Below are positions 11,199 to 20,000 of a DNA stretch of 20,000 bases, in pieces. The DNA comes from Spirogloea muscicola (taxonomy: Eukaryota), in contig WELB01000007.1 of NCBI GenBank assembly GCA_009602725.1, forward strand, positions 1,366,941 through 1,386,940, given 5' to 3'. The number at the start of each line of letters is the position of its first letter. Position 1 is the first letter of the stretch. The position numbers were made by a program, and so were the translations under genes. The notes under the pieces are model-generated. The model saw nothing but the letters and a program-made list of their open reading frames with translations. It did no database searches and was not told where the DNA came from.

Positions 11199-12739
11199 GG
11201 TAGCTCAGACCACGCCTTAGTAAGTGACTGAACTGTGGATACAGTAGCCATTCTGGCGCTTGGCTCAATCTCTCGGGAAACGCGAATGCAATGAGGTCAC
11301 AAAGTGCACTACATAGATTCTCATCTACCTGGCACCTCATGGCATACCTTCTTCGGTCCACAGGGCTACTATTTGCCAACAAGGCACTAGCATCCATCGT
11401 CACACTGAGATACGCGATGCCACAGCCTCCGCAATCCACTCATATGCACCAAGGTCGATCTCCTCAAAGAGGTCAGAAGCCTACTGGCCTTACGCATGCC
11501 TGCTTCTTAGTAGGCCCTTCAACTCTAAGGGTAAGGCGCGTTCGAAGATATTTTGGGCCATATCCAGGTATATCCTACTACCTGTTCTACATCGGCCGGC
11601 CTTCACAGCCACCGCCCCCTTGTTGAAGAGATTCTCTCGGCAAGCAACACGGTCTACCACCAACGAAAACACCTCCATAATTGTTGCCTTTTGTTGCCGC
11701 CCTCCTGCGCCATCTCATGCGCTCGCACTGCAACTCCGTCCAGCACCTCTGACCAACTTTCATTTCCGCTGGTCTGCGAGTAGCCTACCATGGACCACTC
11801 CCAGCGCCGCCAGACACTTAAGCAGCGCTGTTTCGGCCTCTCTACGGCATCTGAGATGAAGAGGATACTGATTAGATTAGGTGAGATGCAGGAGCTTCAA
11901 AATAGTAATCATATCCTTTTGTTCCTGCGTCCAGACCTGTGCCATTAAGAGCCCTTTGGCTGCGAGTTGTGGCCTGGCAAGGTTGCCTAGCCTCTCCAAG
12001 CATTCATCAGGCCGCCTTTTGCAAGGCATAAAACTCATGACAGCAATGAATTGATGTGAATGTATAACGCATTTGCTTCGAAAGCCCTGCATTGCAAAGC
12101 AATCTACATGAGAGAAGTGAGTACACATAAACATGTACATCTTGTACATTGTATATATATAACACTGGAATGATGGGAATGATAATTCTTAGTATTTCAC
12201 ACAGTAGGCAACTACTAGCGTGTCTGGAGGAACCTATTGTAAATAGCACATAGACGTGTACACCTCCCTCTGCCGGGCTTCAAGGTAGGTACATGCACAT
12301 GCACCTGGCAAAGTACTCCACTAGTACAGGTCATCTTCAGAAGAACGGCTATACTCATCTCTACACTGGACAATGAACAAGTGGAAGCTTGACAATGGAC
12401 AAGCACACATGACAAGAATTTGTAGCAGGCACAATCATTGTCAACGAAAACTGTACAGTCATTGACATGATTCCCTTTGGCATCCTCTGGGTGGAGGACC
12501 GCAGCATCTAGAGATAGCATCAGTTCATGGAATAGTGTACTAGTTGCAGGAAGGTACACAAGGGAGGAGCCTAAGGGCATGCTGCAGATGGTGCACCCAA
12601 GGTGCCCAAGTTTGCCTGCCGACTACATGTATGAACTTGGGAGGTCAGGAGAGCTGCACCCTCCATCAACAATGCAATAGTCAATCTAGTCAGTTCCCTT
12701 AACACCAGCTACGCCGTTCCATGGCAGCAATTTCGTCTG

Positions 12740-14709
12740 TCATGAGCCGCATTCCAGCGACTTCCGCACGCACTGGCGGACACGTCTGAAGGAGGGAAAC
12801 AACAGAGTTCATCAGCTCCCCAATGATTGTAGCCATGTGTGGCACAGATGCATTGCACAGAAGGCTTGGGCTATGTGGAAAAAGGAAAATAATACTTTGG
12901 CAATGACCTGTTATAGGAGGGCACATCATTCGTGTAGAGCTGCGCTGCTTCCGCATTTGCAGGGCTAGCTGGATTAGGATCTGCAAGCAATGACTGCAGA
13001 AGCAACAGGTAGCACATTCTCAGTGAGAGCTATGAGTGAGACTTGGTTTATCAGGGTTCAACCCTTGACAACAGTACTTTCTGAGGACCACCTTGTCCCC
13101 CTACCCTTACTTCAGTACAGCTACTACAGGATCGGTTGTCATTCCCAAATTGTGGCACCGAGGCATTCATGATCTCATCTTTCACCTGAATAGATGTCAA
13201 GATTGTGCAGATATTGTGGCAAGGCGACCATGCATCTTGAATGATATCCATGCACAGCGTCCCATCACTGTAAACTGCACTACAATGCGGAGCTGGTCAA
13301 AAAGCCAAGCACGTGCAGAGAAGCAACAGGATGTGGAAAGAGTAACGTATGGTGACAACCCATGAAGTGAAATGCAGTGTCCCATCCAAGCTTTTGTATC
13401 AATGACAACTGCAATCATGTCAATTTCTGCTGTTTACCATTTGGGTGGTAGACCTCTGAAGTGAAGCGAACGCGGGGAGGCTTCTCAGGGTATTGCTCTC
13501 CAAATATGAGCCTCAGCGAGAATATTCCTCCTGATGACAAGAGAGCAATAAAATCAGCAATGTCCACATTCCACGCACCAAGGTAGGATCATTCATCTGG
13601 CTCCAAATGCAAGACTAAATATGCCCTTGCATCAGGGGCCCCCGCTTTCCCTCGGGACCAGTCAGAAGCCAGACCTGATTTGACAAAGGGACAAAGGACA
13701 TTCTAGTATCTACAGTCCATCCTTCATGCTTGCCAGGACTGTCCAGATGTCTGAAGCCTGCTGGTCCAAGCGAGCAATCTGGCTGAGACCGTTGTAGACC
13801 CTGACGAATATCACAAGGATTGGACACAGCTTGCCTGCCACATCTGCTGAGGAGTCGACCTAGGATGACCAGAACAAGGAGAATGCTCATGCAGGCAAGA
13901 GGTTCCAAAGAAAGCGAGTCCAAAACTATAATGATTACCCTAAATCCAGTCCATTTTGCAGGCATATGCAAGTAGGAAGAAGGTATCCATGTGACAATCT
14001 GTATTAACGATTTCAAAGAGCCGCAACAAAATGCCAGCCTGCGTCTGACCCGCCAGCCACTACTTGCAAGCAGTGAAGCCACTTCTTGCAAGCAGTGGCT
14101 GGCTCCCCATAGACAAGGCCCGCCTGCTCAAATATGAGAAGAAGCTCATTTTTTCCAGGCACAGGGACGTAGTAACTGTCTTGCCCTCAAAAACGCGGCA
14201 TGCCACAAAGTGATGCCTACCACCACTGATTACCCAGATAGTGCACTCGCCCAGCCCTAGTTGAGCGCTTCGAGCAAGACCATCACCCTGAAAGCCTGGC
14301 AGGCAACCAACTACCCTTCTCTCCGGGACAAATTCATGGGAAGGACTCACCCTCCCAAGGGGTCTCATCTGGTCCGAAGATGGTGGCACCCCAGACGAAC
14401 AGATTCTCCTCGCTGTGCGGGCTTGCGCTGCACCCCTGCCAGAGGCGGGACAGGTCGTCAATGGCCACCCTTTGCTGAAACGCGTGTGCACCACGCAGCG
14501 GTCCATCGTCCTAGGGTGGGCGGAGCGCTTTCACTTTACAACGTCAACAACGTCAAGGGGATGCTTTTCGAGTAACCCATCTCGGTGGCGCTATGCCATA
14601 GACGGGGTCCGAAAGGCTCCAGGTGCGGTGCAAGCGTGCACACCTCCGGCGGCTCCTGCCGGATGGACTTGAGGTCGGACATGAGGCGCAGCTGAGCGGA
14701 CGACATCAT
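12740..14709 (-). CDS. Ubiquitin-conjugating enzyme E2, RAD6/UBC2-like (~154 aa)
   Basis: Exons (minus): 14709-14644, 14435-14351, 13530-13438, 13274-13186, 12993-12908, 12785-12740 (465 nt). Translation: [154 protein letters not shown]. The HPN motif and catalytic Cys (GTLC) are present. Confidence 0.95.
14052..14103. repeat. Near-perfect 24-bp inverted repeat (hairpin) in UBC intron 2
   Basis: Left arm gccagccactacttgcaagcagtg (14052-14075), loop aagc, right arm cacttcttgcaagcagtggctggc (14080-14103); 22 of 24 positions pair. Confidence 0.85.
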
Positions 14710-15004
14710 CCTCAGCGGCGCCGCAGCCCCCGGCCCTCGGCGGCGCTGCCCGGCCTCTGCCTGCCAGTGCTGAGCGCAGGGCAAAGCCACCCCCTCCCAG
14801 TGGCAAGGCTCGCAGCGAGCTTTCGGCGAGGAGGCAGGAGCGCCACACGCCACTGAAGCGGAGGATTTCCGTCTCGTTCCGCTTTTTCAGAGCCCCAGTA
14901 CGGGCGGGCCGCGGCCGCGTGCGGGACTGTGCGAGGTTCTCCTGGCCTGGGCGGCGCCGCCTGCCTCCGGCGCGGCCGCCGCGCCCGCCCTCGCCGCGAG
15001 CCCT

Positions 15005-15326
15005 NNNNNNNNNNNNNNNNNNNNNNNNNNNNNNNNNNNNNNNNNNNNNNNNNNNNNNNNNNNNNNNNNNNNNNNNNNNNNNNNNNNNNNNNNNNNNNNN
15101 NNNNNNNNNNNNNNNNNNNNNNNNNNNNNNNNNNNNNNNNNNNNNNNNNNNNNNNNNNNNNNNNNNNNNNNNNNNNNNNNNNNNNNNNNNNNNNNNNNNN
15201 NNNNNNNNNNNNNNNNNNNNNNNNNNNNNNNNNNNNNNNNNNNNNNNNNNNNNNNNNNNNNNNNNNNNNNNNNNNNNNNNNNNNNNNNNNNNNNNNNNNN
15301 NNNNNNNNNNNNNNNNNNNNNNNNNN
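15005..15326. other. Assembly gap (N run)
   Basis: Run of N in the GC-rich region upstream of the UBC gene. Confidence 0.99.
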
Positions 15327-15427
15327 GAGCCCTAGCTGCTGCCTCTGGCTCTGTCCAGGGGACCCACTTCCAGGACCCTAGCATCTCTGATCTGCGGCTG
15401 CTCAGCAGGAATTACTGAGTCATTCGT

Positions 15428-15535
15428 AGCTGCTTTGTTTCTTCTTGTGCTTGTTTTTCTTAGCGCTCCCCTGGCTCCCTTCTCGTAACTTTGTCCATTC
15501 TTTTTTTGGGCTGGCTGTTCCAGCCCCTATCCTCA
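15428..15535 (+). repeat. Dispersed repeat copy (same family as 9989-10210)
   Basis: agctgctttgtttcttcttgtgcttgtttttcttagcgctcccctggctcccttctcgtaactttgtccattctttttttgggctggctgttccagcccctatcctca aligns closely with 10080-10186 and 9989-10053. Confidence 0.9.
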
Positions 15536-15907
15536 TTTCAAGCCAGTACATTGTTCAGGCGAAGGCTACTGCAGACTAAACAAGGCTAAATATACCTAAA
15601 TATACCTTGTGAGCGAGAGAGAAGTGGCACTCCCAAAGGGGGGAAGGGCTGTGTAAGAAAGTGAAAGCAGGTGGCCCTCTCAAAAGAGCTCGCTTCTCAG
15701 AGGGAACCGATGGCTGCGAACAGCCAGCTCGAAAAGCCAGCCAGGCGGAACAGCCCAGGACACACTTGGAAGAGCGACGCGATGGGGCGAGTCTCTGGAA
15801 GCGAGGCGAGACGAGTTGGGGGTGGGCTGCGCAGCTTCCCGGCTTAATCCAAAGGCATGGACTGTAGTGTAGTTCTTTTTCGGCACCTCTTTCTTTGGCT
15901 TGGGATA

Positions 15908-15973
15908 TTGTCCATTCTTTTTGGGCTGGATTTGCCAGCCACTTTTCTCTATGGGCGAGCGCTTCTTCCCTGG
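15908..15973 (+). repeat. Dispersed repeat, partial copy
   Basis: ttgtccattctttttgggctggatttgccagccacttttctctatgggcgagcgcttcttccctgg matches the core and 3' part of the unit. Confidence 0.8.
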
Positions 15974-16334
15974 ATGACAGGGCCGCGTGGCGGGCCGGGA
16001 AAGGAAAGCAAAACCCTTTTCTTTCCAGAAGAGCGGCGGGCGCACCGGGCGGCCAGCAGCAGCCTGGGAGAGGGCAGCCGCACCGCCACCGTCAACCCCA
16101 ACGTCGGCGGGCGCTCTGACTCGACTCGAAGCCCGGCGGCCACACGGCGGGGACCCCGGTTTCCCCGCTGGGCGACCACGTAGGGGGGAGTAGAGCGCTC
16201 GGCCAGCCCCCAAGTCCCAAACCCCCTCTCGGCCATGCCGGCTGCCGTCGGCCCGCCGCCGCCTGCGCGGCCCGCCTGGGCGGCGGCCATGGCCCGGCGC
16301 GGCTGAGCCCCGCGGCAGCCGCGGGGGCTGGAGC

Positions 16335-18444
16335 ATGGCGGCCACCGAGGCGACGCCTCGGCTGGCACCCCCGCGCTGCCCCGGAGGCGGGCCGTGGGAC
16401 GATCACGCCGCCGGCCTGGAGGCCGCTGTGAATGGCTTGGCCGGCGCTCTGAGGGTGGGCACGCCGCACCGCAACCTCCCCTCTCTGCCACAATGGAGTC
16501 CCCCCACTTTGGCCCTACTCCTGCCCGTGCGCCTGTGTCCTTTCTCCCCCCTCTCCCTCTCCCCCCCTCCCTTCCCCAGTCCCTCCCTCTCTCCCTCTCT
16601 CCCTCTCCCTCTCCCTCTCCCTCTCCCTCTCCCACTCTCTCCACTCTGCTTTCCACTCTCTGCTTCATTACAGACTTCCAGCCCTTATGTATCGTCATAT
16701 ATCGTCAATCTGGGGAGCTGTCGTCTGCAATTTGACATATATTAGATGTGCAGCTCTAGATCCAAGTCTGACCAGTCATTTAATTGCCAATGGAGAGCAG
16801 CCTGACATTCCCTGTGCTTCTGTCACGAAGAGTACCATAACCCAATTGAACAGTGGCCAGAGGGCTGCCTCTGCAGCCCCTAGATTTGCCTTCTTCGGAA
16901 ATACATCATGCCCATCCTCACTCTCCCAGTTTGGAGCTTCCACGTGCAGGAGCAGGTCAACAGTCATGCATTCAAGACATTTGCCAGCGGCATGATCGCG
17001 GGGGCCCTTACCAAGACCGCTGTCGGCCCGCTGGAGACCATCAGGTACACCTTCTTTTATGACCAAGGCGTTACCTTGCTGCTGCTCCTTACGTCAAAGT
17101 TTAAAGCTTCTTAAGTGAGATGGACACACCTGTGTCCGGCTTGCAGGACGCGGGCCATCACCGGAGGTGGCAAGAGCATGCGGGGCATCTTCGCCGAGGT
17201 CCTTAGGACTGCAGGCTGGCGGGGGCTCTGGGGCGGCAACACCATCAACATCCTCCGCACGGCGCCCAGCAGCGCGATCGAGCTAATGACTTTTGAGGCA
17301 GTCAAGCTTGGCTTGACTGCGGCTCGGAAGCGAGAAAGGCAGCGGGTGAAGGACGGGCTCCATGTGGCCGGCGTGGACGGGATGCCATACCGGGCATTCC
17401 TGCGGCCCTCAAATCTGCACCCTTCTGGTGTAGCTGGAGCTGCTGCTGGCCTCGTCTCGACCTTCATTTGCTACCCACTCGAAGTTGTCAAGGTACGCAG
17501 TAGTTGTGGCTTGTATGACGGTCTTGAAGCTCAAGCACCCCAGCATTAAATCTTGGTCTGCCAGTGACAGCATGACATCTAGTGTTGCTATTGCTGTGTA
17601 ATGGCCAAGTGGGCAGAGCCCTGGTACCTACCGTCAAACCTGTGCGTCATCCAGAGGTCAGCAGGAGGAGCTGACTGCCGGTCTGTGCCAGCGGGAAGGC
17701 TGACCAAATACAGACTTACATTGAGTAGAGGTGGTCTTTGTGCAGGACAGGATGACTGTCAACCCGCTTGGTAATACAAGCATAAGGAGCACATTTGAGC
17801 AGATTATTGAAACGAATGGCCCTAGGGGCCTTTACCGTGGCCTCACGCCCACGCTCATCGGCATGCTCCCGTACAGTGCGGCATACTATTATATCTACGA
17901 TATGCTCAAGCTCCGGATGCTCAAATTCACGGGGAAGAAGCGGCTCGGCTTGACGGACACCATGGTGATTGGCGGCGTGGCTGGTGTGTCCATCTTCTCA
18001 CTCGCGTCACTGGTTCACCAACTGTGCACCCGCCTGGCCCCCACTCCATATCAGCTCTGAGAGCCCAATCTGTTCCTCTCTGATGTCAAACACGTACGAG
18101 CTGCTGTCCTTCTGTATGTTTCCCCCTGTATCACCGTCATCTTGTGCATGTTGCACTCCTGCTCTTCTTAGCAGCCACTTCTGTATCCTGCAGGGGTGCT
18201 TTCCAGTGCCTCTACATTCCCGCTGGAGGTTGCTCGTAAGCGTCTGATTGTGGACAGCATGACCAAGTCGGGCAGGCCGTACAGGAACATGGCCGATGCG
18301 CTGACAACCATTGTCGCTGAGGAGGGTGTTTGTGGCTTATACACAGGCCTTCGTGCCAGCTGTATAAAGATGCTGCCTGCCTCAGGGTTGTCTTGGACCA
18401 TCTACGAGGCTTGCAAAAGCATTCTCCAAGTGGACGGCTATTAG
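16335..18444 (+). CDS. BTL1: Mitochondrial carrier family (SLC25) protein, Brittle1-like BTL1-type adenine nucleotide transporter (~349 aa)
   Basis: Exons (+): 16335-16454 (least certain), 16950-17044, 17147-17492, 17746-17983, 18194-18444 (1050 nt). Three PX[DE]XX[KR]XR signatures (PLETIRTR, PLEVVKDR, PLEVARKR) plus GWRGLWGGN, GLYRGLTPTLIGMLPYS and EGVCGLYTG..ASCIKMLP. From memory these closely resemble Arabidopsis BTL1 (LGPTLVGMLPYS, FPLEVARKRL). Confidence 0.92.
16543..16642 (+). repeat. (CTCTCC)n polypyrimidine microsatellite in intron 1 of the carrier gene
   Basis: Repeated ccctct/ctctcc hexamers are directly visible. Confidence 0.9.
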
Positions 18445-19760
18445 ACTCTTCATCAAAGGCTAGCTGCCTTGTATAGTTCCACCGCCCATACGAAAGCACC
18501 CACATTTCAGGTACTTCAAGCAGGCCACACACAACTGAGTAGGACAGAGTTGAGGTTAGCATTGTAGGGACCCGCAAGGTATGAGTAGCGCAGACGCTAA
18601 TTTGTCAGGTTTATCACATCCTCCAATGGATCGTGGCCAATTTTGTCCCCCAAGTAAGCTACGGATGACACTGCAAATCACCCCTCATAGGGCTCCAGCC
18701 AAACAAATTGGATGACCTTCCCGGCCTGAGAGCTGCATAGGGAAGGAGCCACACTCCTGTAGCAAACTGGCTTAGCAGCCAGCGCTGTGCCCATTACAGT
18801 GCGTGCTTGCCTGGCCCCACATTGTTTATGCTCAGTAGCTGCACGAGGAATTTCCATCACCCCAGTCCACCTCTGGAAAAGCTGCTTGCCTTCATAACCA
18901 CAAGTCGGCTGACATGCATGAGCACTGCCTCTGGCTTGGGCTTCATCGAGCTTCTTTTCAGAGGGCCCTTTAGGAGGTAGAGATCAGGTGAAGCTTCATG
19001 AGCACAGCACAAGTATCTGGGGCCAGCCCCTTTCATCTAACGATCTCCTCTCATCCTACACAATGTGTCTCAACATATCACTTGTAGGCCACGAGGGCCC
19101 TGCTGCTATCTGTGCGTGACTGCTGGTACATAAGCTGGAGGCAAAGAGGAGAAAGGGCGGCCTCACCAACCTTTGATGTTGGCTTCTGGCGGTCAGGTCA
19201 CCTGAAGTAGGCTAGATTCTAATATTCGAAAGAAGGGACGATTCAATATGGAAGGATAGACATAGAACATCCACTGTAGCACGAATAGTTGATACAAGGT
19301 GCCTAGATATTGATCAGTATTTGTGTCTGGGGAAGATCTGGTCAGTAGCCGGAGGTCGAACTGATTGGCAGCAGGCAAGGAGCGGCCCACTGGCACCGGA
19401 CAGAAGCAAGACTGGAAAGAGCTGGGGATGCAGCACTGGCAACTTGCCTAACGGGCTGCTGGGCTTCCTCAAGGAGAGACTGGCTGCTGTTGTAAGATGG
19501 CGGCTGTGGCAGCGAGCCAAATGCATGCAGAGGGAGTGTGAGGAGCCAGTCAGCCAGACAAGGGTGGGGCAAGAGCACTGAGGCAGAGGAGCGCTGCATG
19601 AGCCACTTGGACAGGACAAAGATCTAGCTCTCGTTGGGAGCTGCACTTTCTCTGACCCGAGAGAATGCGTGTATATTAAGAGATGGGGAGGCCATGGTGG
19701 CCAAGTACAAAGGCAAGCACATTGGACAAATGTACGTCACCTGCTGCTAAGCTGACCCGC

Positions 19761-20000
19761 TCAGTAACCACGAGTCAGCACATAGAGGTCGCTAGCTGAC
19801 GCTCGAATACCGGACGGCAATTGACTAGCTCTTGTGCCAGCAGCTAAGGCTCGACCAGCTTTCTGATGCAGAGCATACGCCTGAGCTCGTTGCATACAGG
19901 TTGACACTCGACGTCGCAGAAATGACAGATAGGCTGCCGGCATACCCATCTGGGCTGGGAGCATATCCTCGCGTCGTGCATATCCCAGACTCGCTATGTT
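19761..20000 (-). mobile_element. Probable C-terminal end of a CRE/SLACS-like non-LTR retrotransposon ORF (restriction-like endonuclease region), truncated by the window edge
   Basis: Frame open from 20000 to TGA at 19761, intronless over 240 nt: NIASLGYARREDMLPAQMGMPAAYLSFLRRRVSTCMQRAQAYALHQKAGRALAAG... The segment FLRRRVSTCMQRAQA resembles the 'l.qrlSvalQRgnA' terminal helix of CRE-type RLE ORFs. RT and PD..D motifs would lie outside the window. Confidence 0.45.

Larger units (their letters stand above)
14710..16334. promoter_or_regulatory. GC-rich divergent promoter / 5' UTR region shared by the UBC (-) and BTL1 (+) genes
   Basis: Head-to-head start codons about 1.6 kb apart (gap included), CpG-rich flanks, two repeat copies, and a tandem TAAATATACC (15587-15606) that is TATA-like. 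Confidence 0.5.

Noticed and set aside
13615..14575. ORFs of 104-158 aa within the UBC gene
   Set aside because: They lie in intron 2 or are off-frame or antisense to exon 2, and show no recognisable motifs.
14710..14853. In-frame N-terminal extension of the E2 starting at GTG
   Set aside because: E2 homology begins at the MM at 14709; the upstream sequence looks like GC-rich 5' UTR or intron and has no in-frame ATG.
14887..15384. ORFs spanning the second gap
   Set aside because: Mostly X residues, with no recognisable coding content.
15680..16745. Several overlapping 110-249 aa ORFs on both strands
   Set aside because: Explained by stop-poor GC-rich sequence and the (CTCTCC)n microsatellite; only 16335-16454 fits a gene model.
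18678..19646. Short ORFs downstream of BTL1
   Set aside because: I could not build a phase-consistent exon chain or recognise a domain; probably UTR or intergenic, though an unrecognised gene 3' end is not excluded.

Overview
Intron-rich eukaryotic DNA, most likely from a streptophyte green alga (inferred from a plant BTL1-type carrier, very GC-rich first exons and the intron style), with two assembly gaps (3966-4470, 15005-15326). I reconstructed four spliced genes by hand. Two are tandem minus-strand paralogs encoding secreted DOMON + copper type II (DBH/MOXD1-like) monooxygenases with all six Cu ligands; the complete one ends in a GPI-signal-like tail. The others are a RAD6/UBC2-like E2 ubiquitin-conjugating enzyme (minus) and, divergent from it, a BTL1-like mitochondrial carrier (plus). 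The right edge probably holds the C-terminus of a CRE/SLACS-like non-LTR retrotransposon ORF. A dispersed ~130-bp repeat with a GGGCTGG-N5/6-CCAGCC(C) palindromic core occurs about 7 times, only in the 5' intergenic regions. Other observations are a GC-AG intron, a nested-palindrome hairpin in a UBC intron and unusually weak intronic 5' splice sites. Family assignments come from motif recognition, not database searches.
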